Source: Desulfurococcaceae archaeon | Lineage (GTDB): Archaea; Thermoproteota; Thermoprotei_A; Sulfolobales; Desulfurococcaceae | Direction: 5' to 3' | NCBI GenBank assembly: GCA_038824035.1 | Contig: JAWBBW010000003.1 | Location: 69,916 to 100,405, forward strand | DNA: 30,490 nucleotides | Part shown: positions 17,485 to 26,792 of the stretch, piece after piece | How the letters are laid out: each line of letters begins with the position of its first letter | Position numbering within the stretch: the first letter of the stretch is position 1 | Program-made: the position numbers and the translations under genes | Notes under the pieces: generated by a model | What the model saw: only the letters and a program-made list of their open reading frames with translations | The model's database searches: none | Told to the model about the DNA's origin: nothing

Positions 17485-19014
17485 TTGGAGGTATTTTACA
17501 TAACAACCCCAATATATTACCCAAACGCGGAGCCGCATGTAGGCCATGCATATACCACGATCTTCGCCGATGTATTGGCCAGGTATGCACGGCTCATCGG
17601 GAAAGAGGTGTTTTTCTTAACGGGAAACGATGAACACGGCTTGAAAATCCAGAAAACCGCTGAAAAACTCGGTAAACAGCCAAAGGAATTCGTCGACGCG
17701 ATGGCAGAGGTGTATAAAAAATACTGGACATTATTGGATATATCATATGATCACTTCGTTAGGACGACTGATGATTACCACGAAGAGACGGTGAAAAAGG
17801 CCTTTGAATATATATACAAAAAAGGATTGATCTACAAGGCTAGATATAGTGGGTTATATTGCGTGGACTGTGAAAAATATTATTCAACAGGTGAGTATAT
17901 CGAGGAAGAAGGTAAACCATATTGTCCAATTCATAGAAAGCCATTGGAATTTATGGAGGAGGAGACATATTATTTCAAGCTAAGCGAGTTTAAGGACTAT
18001 GTAGTTGATTTACTGAAAAACAGGGATATAGTCTACCCAAGTCTCTATGCACAGGAAGTTCTCTCCAAGATCCAGGCAGAAGGCCTTAGAGATATATCAA
18101 TAGCTAGGCCGGTTGAAAGGGTTTGGTGGGGTATTCCAGTGCCATTTGATGACAAGTATGTCATATATGTGTGGTTTGATGCATTGCTGAATTACATCAG
18201 CTCTATAGGTTATGGTAAGGATAATGAAAGGTTTTCAAAGTATTGGGGCAATGTACTTCACGTAATAGGTAAGGACATTTTATGGTTTCACACCGTTGTA
18301 TGGTTTTCACTACTAAAAGCACTGGATCTAGAACCCCCGAGAAAACTCATTGTGCATGCTTTTTTAACAAATAAAGGGCTAAAGATAGGCAAGAGTGCTG
18401 GAAATGTGATCACAATAAATGACCTGTTGGAAAGATATAATGGTAGTGACGGTGTAAGATACCTTTTAATGAGGATATTCAACATGGATAAAGACAGCGA
18501 ATTTTCATTCGAACTATTAGACAACATATATAACAGTGAACTAGCGGATACATTTGGAAACCTAGTTAGAAGGGTTGGAATGCTTGCATTGAAGAAAATG
18601 CAAGGCAAGATCTATAGGAGAAGCATTGATAAAAAAACAGGCGAGGCCATATTGGATAATATAGGTAAATACGTAGACTCGATGAACAATTTCGAGGTCT
18701 CCAAGGCGATAAACTACGCCATGGACATAGCCAGGTTAGCTAATCAATATGTGAACGATACAAGGCCATGGGAAAAAAGCGATCCAAGCAAGGAGCTATA
18801 CACGCTTCTAGAGGCAATAAGGGTTACGACAATACTATTACACCCATTTACACCTAGGGCCACGAGTAAAATAGCATCCATGTTTGGTTTCACAATAGAA
18901 AGCCCGTTGAAAAAAGGCTTGGAGAACGTCGAAAGATATAATGTGGTTAATGCACCCATATTATTCAGGAAAATTACGACTAACCAACAGCAAACCGGAT
19001 CTGGAGGGTCTTGA
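17485..19014 (+). CDS. metG: methionyl-tRNA synthetase, short bacterial-type (MetRS1)
   Basis: Motifs: YITTPIYYPNAEPHVGH, LTGNDEHG, single knuckle CVDC...CPIH, YVWFDAL, GKDILWFH, and KIGKS in place of KMSKS. Helical anticodon domain present; no C-terminal OB dimerization domain. Confidence 0.92.
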   Translation: MEVFYITTPIYYPNAEPHVGHAYTTIFADVLARYARLIGKEVFFLTGNDEHGLKIQKTAEKLGKQPKEFVDAMAEVYKKYWTLLDISYDHFVRTTDDYHEETVKKAFEYIYKKGLIYKARYSGLYCVDCEKYYSTGEYIEEEGKPYCPIHRKPLEFMEEETYYFKLSEFKDYVVDLLKNRDIVYPSLYAQEVLSKIQAEGLRDISIARPVERVWWGIPVPFDDKYVIYVWFDALLNYISSIGYGKDNERFSKYWGNVLHVIGKDILWFHTVVWFSLLKALDLEPPRKLIVHAFLTNKGLKIGKSAGNVITINDLLERYNGSDGVRYLLMRIFNMDKDSEFSFELLDNIYNSELADTFGNLVRRVGMLALKKMQGKIYRRSIDKKTGEAILDNIGKYVDSMNNFEVSKAINYAMDIARLANQYVNDTRPWEKSDPSKELYTLLEAIRVTTILLHPFTPRATSKIASMFGFTIESPLKKGLENVERYNVVNAPILFRKITTNQQQTGSGGS

Positions 19015-19994
19015 TGAGTTACTATATCGCAATAGACATAGGGGCCACTAAGACCAGGATAGCAATGTGTAATGCGGACGGCATTTTGGAGAAAAAGGTT
19101 TTACCGACCCCTAGAACAGGTGATGAGTACACAGTGGCCAGGTTTTTGATAGAGAACATAGAGAAATCTTGGGGCAACTCGCTTGGAGATGTCAAGGCGG
19201 TGGGAGTAGCTACAATAGGGCCGTTAGATATTAAAAGAGGGCGAATAATTAACCCCGCAAACATAGAGATAAGGATATCCGAGATCCTGGGGCCTTTAAG
19301 GACTAGGCTAGGTAAACCGGTTTATGTGTTAAATGACGCGGTAGCGGCTGTTTGGGCCGAGAAACACTATGGAGACGGACAGAGTTATGACAATGTCGTG
19401 TACATAACAATGAGCACCGGCATCGGAGGCGGCATAATAGTGGATGGTAATCTGTTAATAGGTAAAAACGGCAACGCCCATGAGATCGGCCACATAGTCG
19501 TGGATTTCAATTCTAATTTAAGATGTGGATGTGGTGGATATGGACACTGGGAGTCATATGCAGGGGGAGCTAATATACCAAAAGTGGCCAAACACTTATA
19601 CGATATTCGCGGCGATAACTATTACTCGGGGAGCAAGCTAGCATCTATGATCAAAAGTGGTGAACCATTTGATGCAAAGGTCGTTTTCGATTTATTTAGA
19701 AACAGGGATCAATTGGCAATTGATGTGGTGAACATGTACATAAAGGCCTCTGGAGCTGGGTTAGCATCGGTGATCAACTCGTATGACCCTGAGTTGATTA
19801 CTATAGGCGGCGGGGTATTCCTTAATAATGCCGATATACTCCTAGATCCAATGATTAAAAGAGCTATAGTAGATATTATCACGGATAAACCAGTTATAAA
19901 GCCGACTAGGCTGGGAGAGGATATAGGGCTTTACGGTGCCTTATCAGTCGCGATAGATCCGCCTCCTGCTTTAATAAGGATCCAAAAACCTTGA
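19014..19994 (+). CDS. glk: ROK-family sugar kinase (ATP-dependent glucokinase)
   Basis: Motifs: AIDIGATK, LNDAVAA..AE, STGIGGG, EIGH, CGCGGYGHWE. TGATG overlap with the metG stop. Confidence 0.9.
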   Translation: MSYYIAIDIGATKTRIAMCNADGILEKKVLPTPRTGDEYTVARFLIENIEKSWGNSLGDVKAVGVATIGPLDIKRGRIINPANIEIRISEILGPLRTRLGKPVYVLNDAVAAVWAEKHYGDGQSYDNVVYITMSTGIGGGIIVDGNLLIGKNGNAHEIGHIVVDFNSNLRCGCGGYGHWESYAGGANIPKVAKHLYDIRGDNYYSGSKLASMIKSGEPFDAKVVFDLFRNRDQLAIDVVNMYIKASGAGLASVINSYDPELITIGGGVFLNNADILLDPMIKRAIVDIITDKPVIKPTRLGEDIGLYGALSVAIDPPPALIRIQKP

Positions 19995-19999
19995 TATAC

Positions 20000-21364
20000 C
20001 TATTGCCTTAAAGCCATTAACGTGGCCGTCTCCACAAGAGCCGCTATGAGCAGTACGATCAATCCTATTATTAATAACTTCGAGAATTCACGCCATTTCC
20101 CCCATTTGGATATAGAGGAGGCTATTACAGCATATGCCAATAGTTCTAACACGGTATGCGGGTAGATCAGTATGGTCATAAGTCCAAGTATACATGCAGT
20201 ATTGACACATCTACGCATAGCCTCTAATCCTATAATTAGCCCGGCATTTAGTATACCTGTTGTCAATGGTATTAAACCCACATAAGGTATGATAGCAGGT
20301 AATGAGACAACGGCGTTGTTTATAAATATATAAATGGAAATGAACAACGGGGTTTGTTTCGTAATTGCCTCTAGGGATTCAAGGTAATAGAAGTAAAAAG
20401 AATAGGTATTGAAACCCGCCATTCCCATGAAAAGCCCGCTCATTATTAACAAATACGCTGTTGCGATGTTTATTATCACGAGGCTTTTCACATTCCTATG
20501 GCTATTTAGCAATATGAATACCGACCACAAAGCCCCAATACCAATAGCAACCAGCGATGTTGTGAATAAGCCGAGGTATGATAAGAGTATAAATAAGGCC
20601 ATGGCCAATAGAATAACTCCGTGGAAAAAAGCTTGGGAAGCGTAAGGTGGGCCTTCCCCCTCGATATTGGTTGAGACACTTGATGGGGGATTCGGGTGAT
20701 CCTTATGTATAGTCTCAACGTGTTTGTTATAGAGGCTTATCGTCTTCCACGTCTGATGCACTAAATAAGCGCCCAGCGTGAGCACTATTAATATTAACTG
20801 TAACAACGATCTTAGTCCTCCATATCTCTTCGTGAACTCTTGTTTTAAAAGTGCTCTCTCCTCCATGTTCATGTGTTCTCTTAATACTTTCTCGACTAAA
20901 CATGATATAATTGGGTAAGAAATCCCGCCCGTTACTATTGAGAGCACGGCTCCTGTAACAGGGGACGGCATCTCGGTTGAGGACATGGCGTTTTTGAGAT
21001 ATTGCAAAAGGCTCATGAAATCCTTATTCCTTGTAAAATAATACGTGGTCACACTGCTCTCATATAGGTGTTTTCTGATCAATCGAAGTATTTTATAAGA
21101 AGCCACGGAAGACGATATCATATAGGCCAAGAACATTGTGAAGGCCCATTGAATAATTGTACCCGGGATCAATACATCTCCCTGTGTAATATAACCAGTT
21201 AACGCCTCGTCTAGAAATGAGAGGAATAATATCACGGCGGGAACTAGGAACAACGATGGCAATACGTATAGAACTGGGCTTTCCTTGTTAAAAATAAATG
21301 TCTTTATAACTTCGAACAATTGATCACTACCCTGATCCCCCCGTTGAGAACTCATTTCCATCAC
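20000..21364 (-). CDS. multi-pass membrane protein with C-terminal SpoIIM/DUF95-like domain and N-terminal DUF4234-like segments
   Basis: IFINNAVV, LNAGLIIG, PHTVLELLA and LLIAALVET are SpoIIM hallmarks. The N-half has LSIVTGG and LTLGAY..W....NKH segments. Confidence 0.72.
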   Translation of the reverse strand: MMEMSSQRGDQGSDQLFEVIKTFIFNKESPVLYVLPSLFLVPAVILFLSFLDEALTGYITQGDVLIPGTIIQWAFTMFLAYMISSSVASYKILRLIRKHLYESSVTTYYFTRNKDFMSLLQYLKNAMSSTEMPSPVTGAVLSIVTGGISYPIISCLVEKVLREHMNMEERALLKQEFTKRYGGLRSLLQLILIVLTLGAYLVHQTWKTISLYNKHVETIHKDHPNPPSSVSTNIEGEGPPYASQAFFHGVILLAMALFILLSYLGLFTTSLVAIGIGALWSVFILLNSHRNVKSLVIINIATAYLLIMSGLFMGMAGFNTYSFYFYYLESLEAITKQTPLFISIYIFINNAVVSLPAIIPYVGLIPLTTGILNAGLIIGLEAMRRCVNTACILGLMTILIYPHTVLELLAYAVIASSISKWGKWREFSKLLIIGLIVLLIAALVETATLMALRQ

Positions 21365-21422
21365 TAATATCTCCCATATATCATAATGTCTAGGGAGATT
21401 AAAACACAGTTTTGACTATACG

Positions 21423-22283
21423 CTATGGGGTTTGAACTGGTTTGAAAACGCAGTTATCGGGGACTAGGAATAACCCATCATCCCTGTGTTCTAGTCTACA
21501 GTTCTCAGCATAGTATACACCGGGCTTTAGCTCTGCATATAGTTCTCTATATGTCTCAATGAATAGTTCTCCGACACCGCTTGTGCTAGCCATATAAATT
21601 GATGGCAATAAGCTTGGCGTTAACCCATTAAACACATGTAGCTTGCCAGTAAAGAGATCTACCCGTGACACTGGGTGTATGCATGTGTTAAATCCCTTGT
21701 CATATCTATAGAGCTTTAAGTTGACATGATGACCCATGATATCCAGGTGTAAGAGAGTGTCTTTCTTCAAATATAGGTATTCACGCAGAGATAGATTGTT
21801 AACGTGTTTCTCGAAATATTCATTGACTAGAACATGTTCTCTCGTTCTATTTAAAACCCCTCTTTCGATTAAATCAGCAACCTTATCTGCGATCTCGCTG
21901 GTGCATCCATAGATAACCAGGTCTATATCATGCCATTTATCCGTGAATGGCGCGGAACCCGTTAACTCTATGTTATTTATATCGATGTTCAATATTGATG
22001 AAAGATAACTCACAATCCACTCATAGTGATTATTGATGGTTTTTTTAGAATACTTCACTGAGCCCTTTAATGGGATCATGTTTACATACTGCTTTATGCA
22101 ATCCCAATAAACAATGTTCTGATACTTCGTGTAAAGGTATATAGGGATTTTAACACCTGTGAATAGATCATACCTGGGATAGGCAATAACATGATCCCTT
22201 GGATGTTGATATCCCTTCACAACGAAGACCATGCCGTTATATATCAATAGCTCTCCTTCCAGTAGGCGTGGCTTGATCGACAT
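21423..22283 (-). CDS. archaeal Pol-beta-superfamily nucleotidyltransferase (COG1665-like)
   Basis: The N-terminal motif FVVKGYQHP..VIAYPRY and LTGS......DIDLVIYG (GS..DxD). Confidence 0.75.
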   Translation of the reverse strand: MSIKPRLLEGELLIYNGMVFVVKGYQHPRDHVIAYPRYDLFTGVKIPIYLYTKYQNIVYWDCIKQYVNMIPLKGSVKYSKKTINNHYEWIVSYLSSILNIDINNIELTGSAPFTDKWHDIDLVIYGCTSEIADKVADLIERGVLNRTREHVLVNEYFEKHVNNLSLREYLYLKKDTLLHLDIMGHHVNLKLYRYDKGFNTCIHPVSRVDLFTGKLHVFNGLTPSLLPSIYMASTSGVGELFIETYRELYAELKPGVYYAENCRLEHRDDGLFLVPDNCVFKPVQTP

Positions 22284-22384
22284 ATATCCAACGCCGTAAC
22301 ACTGTAGTTTTCTTTAATAGTTTAACTCTGTTAATCAGTATTTTAGCTAACAATCTTCGTAGGTGACGTGTCACGAAGTTTCTG

Positions 22385-23362
22385 ATGATACATGGAGGGG
22401 CAGGTGCTTGGAGAGATGAGATGCTCAGGTCGAAAGCCATTGGTGTTGTTAAGGCATGTGTTGAAAAAGGCTGGGAAATGTTGGATGAAAAAGGATCACT
22501 AGATGCCGTAGTGGAGTCGGTTAAGTGCATGGAGGACTCTGGTTATTTAAATGCTGGTTATGGCTCTGTCCTAGACCTGCTTGGTGGGAGAAGCCTTGAT
22601 GCCGGGTTAATGACCTCTACAGGGCTCATAGGGGCGGTGGCATCTGTCAAGGCTACGAGAAATCCAATATTATTGGCAAAAATCGTGGCAGAGAAAACAC
22701 CCCATATCATAATCACGGGGGAATACGCTGATCTCCTCGCGATCCTCAACGGATTACCTCCATTGCCGCCTCCACCACCACATGTGCTCGAGAGATATAG
22801 GCAAATGGCTAAGAAACTCCTAGAAGGCGGCGAGGACTTGGGTGATTACTATAAATCGTTAAGATCCCTTGTTGAGAAAATGGGTATTTATAAAACACTT
22901 CTCAAGGGGATCGTAGAGGTGTACGACACGGTGGGTGCTGTGGCGATAGATGATAACGATATTCTATCAGCGGCGACAAGTACCGGTGGAGTTGTGTTAA
23001 AGTTGCCAGGAAGGGTCGGAGACACGCCAATACCGGGTGCTGGTTTCTATGCGTCAGATCTCTTGGCATGTAGTTCGACAGGTATTGGTGAATACATTAT
23101 AAGGACGATGCCCTGCTTGAGGCTCGACATGGTGTATAGAAACGTTGGGCATATTGAAAGAGCGCTGGGCATGGTCATGGAGTATATTGATAATATAGTG
23201 GGCAAAGGCTCAATGGGGTTGATAGGGATCGATAGACATGGCAACGCGTTTTACGCTTATAACACGGAGGCCATGTTGATAAGCTATATCGGAGATCATG
23301 GGGATATTGTTATAGAATACAAGCCGGAACCTGGGATGAGAGTTTGGAAAATCGCGAAGTAA
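22385..23362 (+). CDS. isoaspartyl peptidase / plant-type L-asparaginase (Ntn hydrolase)
   Basis: Motifs: IHGGAG, NAGYGS, D|TVGAVA autoproteolysis site, TSTGG, GRVGDTPIPGAG, STGIGE. The true start may be ACG at 22373 (see findings). Confidence 0.93.
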   Translation: MIHGGAGAWRDEMLRSKAIGVVKACVEKGWEMLDEKGSLDAVVESVKCMEDSGYLNAGYGSVLDLLGGRSLDAGLMTSTGLIGAVASVKATRNPILLAKIVAEKTPHIIITGEYADLLAILNGLPPLPPPPPHVLERYRQMAKKLLEGGEDLGDYYKSLRSLVEKMGIYKTLLKGIVEVYDTVGAVAIDDNDILSAATSTGGVVLKLPGRVGDTPIPGAGFYASDLLACSSTGIGEYIIRTMPCLRLDMVYRNVGHIERALGMVMEYIDNIVGKGSMGLIGIDRHGNAFYAYNTEAMLISYIGDHGDIVIEYKPEPGMRVWKIAK

Positions 23363-23967
23363 ACTGCATAGTATTGATCGATGTGGATGGCACACTGATA
23401 CCTAGTTTAATAGATTTCGAGTCACTAAGGGAGCAGATAAGAAGGTTATTGGGGGTAAATGACACGTTGAGGCCACTCGGAGCAAGATTAGCGGCATTGC
23501 CTATTCCAAACGAGTTGAAAGATATAGCTTGGAGTATTATCGAGAGGGCTGAAATAGAGTCAGTTGAGCACATAGACATAAAGGATCTAGAGGAAAACAT
23601 TAAATCGGTACGCCACATAAAGGAGATCGGATTTAAAGTGGTCATAATAACTGCCAGGAGCAGGTTATCCCTAAAGCTCATTCTAGAAAAACTGGGTATT
23701 AACAAATACGTGGACATGTGCGTTACAAGAGATCTAAATCCCGAAAGAAAAGCCCAGCTGAGGTACATAAAAACCCTCTTTGAAAGAGAAAAAGCGAGAA
23801 TTATATTCATAGGCGATAGCGTATACGATGAAGAGGCGTCTAGAGAACTAGGTATAGAGTTCATAAAGGTTAATAATTACCGGGAATTACCTGGTTCAAT
23901 TGAAAAGGCTATCTCGGTTTGTATCAATACCCTGGATCATAGAACAGGGTTTGACTCCTCGGTGTAA
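23344..23967 (+). CDS. HAD-superfamily hydrolase
   Basis: Motif I LIDVDGTL, motif II IITAR, motif III K, motif IV FIGDSVYD. Confidence 0.9.
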   Translation: MENREVNCIVLIDVDGTLIPSLIDFESLREQIRRLLGVNDTLRPLGARLAALPIPNELKDIAWSIIERAEIESVEHIDIKDLEENIKSVRHIKEIGFKVVIITARSRLSLKLILEKLGINKYVDMCVTRDLNPERKAQLRYIKTLFEREKARIIFIGDSVYDEEASRELGIEFIKVNNYRELPGSIEKAISVCINTLDHRTGFDSSV

Positions 23968-24722
23968 TAATCTTCGCCTCCTGCTAAAACCCTTTGCAAC
24001 GCTGCGTATAGCTCGTCGAAGCCCTCCCCATTCACGTTTGAAACAGGGATTATGTCGAATACCAGCAGTTTCTCGAAAATGCTTGACACTTCATCCCTAT
24101 CCCATAAGAGTCTCGATGCCTTGTCCTCGAATACCACATCTGCCAGGAGATCTGGATCGTCGATCATATTCATTATCTTATCTAGATCATTTTTTGAGAT
24201 CAGATCTATCTTTGTTAATACATTCAACTGTGGATATCCAATCCTAACATAGGTCGATGCGGAAAGCAATAACGCTGAGAAGAAATTGGATGCCCTCAAC
24301 GCATATGTCGTGTCTATTAGAAATAATGAAACAGCCCTGGCATCGCTCACTATGGTTTTCAGGGCAAGTGGCCCGGATTCCCTGAACGCGAAGACTTCCA
24401 TTTGACCCGGCGTGTCTATGATTATGTAATTGGTTTTAAAACTCCATATAGTGTCCCTTATCTCCTCTATATTGGTCAACAACATATCTATGGATGCTAT
24501 CAAGGCGCCATTAGGCCCTAAGCCCGTTTTTCTCATTATGTCTCTTGCATCAACATATTCCCTGACATCTACATCGGGCTCATATGGTAGCTCATCTACG
24601 GCAGGATCTAGGTTAACTAATACAGCGTCAAGTTGGTGAGATGTCATGTATGTATACAGCATACTGGTTAAAGAGGATTTACCACTACCAGCTGTCCCCA
24701 ACACTATTATGAAATACGGCAT
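23937..24722 (-). CDS. GPN-loop GTPase
   Basis: Motifs: GTAGSGKS, NLDPA, GLGPNG, DTPGQME, TKID. Confidence 0.95.
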   Translation of the reverse strand: MPYFIIVLGTAGSGKSSLTSMLYTYMTSHQLDAVLVNLDPAVDELPYEPDVDVREYVDARDIMRKTGLGPNGALIASIDMLLTNIEEIRDTIWSFKTNYIIIDTPGQMEVFAFRESGPLALKTIVSDARAVSLFLIDTTYALRASNFFSALLLSASTYVRIGYPQLNVLTKIDLISKNDLDKIMNMIDDPDLLADVVFEDKASRLLWDRDEVSSIFEKLLVFDIIPVSNVNGEGFDELYAALQRVLAGGEDYYTEESNPVL

Positions 24723-24728
24723 TGGCTA

Positions 24729-25808
24729 TCACCAGTAGAAAAGCGACCTAGCACTTATTCCGTGAAATTTGCCCCTGAAATTTAATCTATAGCCGCATTT
24801 TCTACACTCGAAGTTATCTGTGAGAGACCATCTCACTATGAAGAAGCCCTTTCTCTCCACTACTACGTTTCCACATCTTGGGCAATGAGTATTTTCAAGT
24901 CTATGACCCCATACATTACCTATATATACGTATTTAAGCCCGATATCCATGGCTATCTTAGCCAATTTCTCCAGGGTGGAGACAGGGGTTGATGGTATAT
25001 CTTGCATTAGGTAATCGGGGTGAAATCTTAGTAAGTGTAATGGGACCTCTTCTCCGAGGGTTTCATAGATCCAGGTGGCAAGTTTCTTCAAATCCTCCTC
25101 TCGATCCCCTATTTGAGGCACAATTAAATCCGTTATCTCGATCCACCATCCCTGGTTTTTCATTTCAACTATGCTTTGAAAAATGGGTGTGGGATCTGGC
25201 ACTCCCATGTATTTTCTGTAGAATTCCGGGTTAGCGGATCCTTTAAAATCAACAGTGGCGGCATCTATTAAATTGCCCAGTTTCCTAATGGCCTCGGGAG
25301 TCATATATCCGTTTGTGACAATTGTGTTGAATAGCCCGTTTTCCTTAGCGATCTTCGCGGTGTCATACATGAATTCGAAGAATATAGTGGGCTCGTTATA
25401 TGTGTAGCTGATGCCTTGACATCCACTTTTCTTTGCACTTTCCACGACTTCTACCGGCTCGTAGGGCTTTCCAAATAACTTATCTCTCCTACTCTGGCTG
25501 AGCACCCAGTTATCACAGAATTTACAGTAGAAGTTACAGCCGGCTGTTGATATCGAGAAAACATATGAACCGGGGTTAAAATGCATAAGAGGCTTTTTCT
25601 CAATTGGGTCTGGATTAGCGGCTGTCAAGACACCGTATACAAGCGTGTACAATTTGCCCTCGCTGTTATATCTAACACCGCATGCCCCATACGCATCTGG
25701 CACGATTATACATCTCCTGTGGCAAAGATTGCACTTGACTTTGCCATTGCCAACGCTCTCCCAGAGATCAGCTATTTTCACACCTGGTAAATCAAGGGCA
25801 AAACGCAT
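24729..25808 (-). CDS. AmmeMemoRadiSam-system radical SAM enzyme (PflX/PFL-activase-like)
   Basis: Motifs: CNLCHRRC..G.CGVR, DPIEKKPL.HF.PG, GCNFYCKFCDNW, YTYNEP, RFHPDY, YVYIGN, C-terminal CxxC pairs. ATG 25808 lies behind a GAGGTG SD. Confidence 0.9.
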   Translation of the reverse strand: MRFALDLPGVKIADLWESVGNGKVKCNLCHRRCIIVPDAYGACGVRYNSEGKLYTLVYGVLTAANPDPIEKKPLMHFNPGSYVFSISTAGCNFYCKFCDNWVLSQSRRDKLFGKPYEPVEVVESAKKSGCQGISYTYNEPTIFFEFMYDTAKIAKENGLFNTIVTNGYMTPEAIRKLGNLIDAATVDFKGSANPEFYRKYMGVPDPTPIFQSIVEMKNQGWWIEITDLIVPQIGDREEDLKKLATWIYETLGEEVPLHLLRFHPDYLMQDIPSTPVSTLEKLAKIAMDIGLKYVYIGNVWGHRLENTHCPRCGNVVVERKGFFIVRWSLTDNFECRKCGYRLNFRGKFHGISARSLFYW

Positions 25809-25871
25809 CGATAACACCTCTAGATAGTTAATTACCCAGTAGCCTGTTATATTTCCACTTGGGTGTATTCA

Positions 25872-26783
25872 ATGATAATAGCACTGATACAGCGCTCTTA
25901 TTTCGAGGAAGGCTTGAAAATAGCCAATTCACTGAGATCAGAAGTCCTGGAGTTCGTGGAAAAGATGTTTCCAGATGGCGAACAATATGTTAGGATCATT
26001 GATCCAAACAAGCTCGAGAACAATGTAGTACTGATCATAGGTACTTTATATCCAGGCCAGGATGTTTCATTGTTCAAGACATTATTACTGGCCGATGCTT
26101 CTAGGAGACATAGAGCCAGGGAAATTATTGGCGTGATACCATATATCGCCTATTCAAGACAGGATAAAGCATTCTTGCCAGGAGAACCAGTGTCGGCTGA
26201 ACTGGTGATCGATATGTTCAAAGCAGCTGGTTTCACCGGGTTATTGACAGTGGATATTCACAATCCCGATGTCTTGAAGTCATTCGGTGATAAGGCGGTG
26301 AACATATTCATATCCGATTTACTAGTCGAGAGAGCCCTTAAATACGTGTCAGACCCTGTTGTGATATCGCCGGACAAAGGCGCCTTGAATAGGGCTAAGT
26401 ATGCAGCAGAGATCCATGGATTGGAATATGATTACATGGTGAAATCCAGGGATAGAATTACCGGCGTGATTAGCTATGCCACAAAGAGCGTGGATATCAA
26501 CGGGAGGGATGCAGTTTTGATCGACGACATAATAAGCACAGGGGGTACCATTGCAGAGGCATCTAAAATACTCTACGAGAAGGGTGCGAGGAGAGTCGTG
26601 GTGGCGGCTTCACATGGGTTGATGGTCGGCGATGCCTTGTCAAAACTTGAAAAAGCGAATATCCATAAAGTGATCTTGGCTAATACCCTTGGCATTAGAC
26701 ATAGACATGAATTAATCGAGTACGTGGATATATCGGGCAGAGTGGCAGATGAGGTTTCAACACTTCTAGTTAAATTGAAATAG
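25872..26783 (+). CDS. prs: ribose-phosphate pyrophosphokinase
   Basis: Motifs: FPDGE, PYIAYSRQDK, VDIH, SPDKGA, LIDDIISTGGT. Confidence 0.95.
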   Translation: MIIALIQRSYFEEGLKIANSLRSEVLEFVEKMFPDGEQYVRIIDPNKLENNVVLIIGTLYPGQDVSLFKTLLLADASRRHRAREIIGVIPYIAYSRQDKAFLPGEPVSAELVIDMFKAAGFTGLLTVDIHNPDVLKSFGDKAVNIFISDLLVERALKYVSDPVVISPDKGALNRAKYAAEIHGLEYDYMVKSRDRITGVISYATKSVDINGRDAVLIDDIISTGGTIAEASKILYEKGARRVVVAASHGLMVGDALSKLEKANIHKVILANTLGIRHRHELIEYVDISGRVADEVSTLLVKLK

Positions 26784-26792
26784 GCGTTCACA

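Noticed and set aside
22383-22433. UGAUGA as a C box near the asparaginase start (similar cases at 4893 and 19012)
   Set aside because: No properly spaced CUGA D box follows; the motif is explained by coding or start/stop sequence.
23310-23864. 184-aa antisense ORF and similar ones (e.g. 29013-29498, 14353-14790, 10188-10601, 22237-22530)
   Set aside because: They lie wholly or largely opposite well-supported genes, are mostly Ser/Ile/Leu-biased, and show no motifs.
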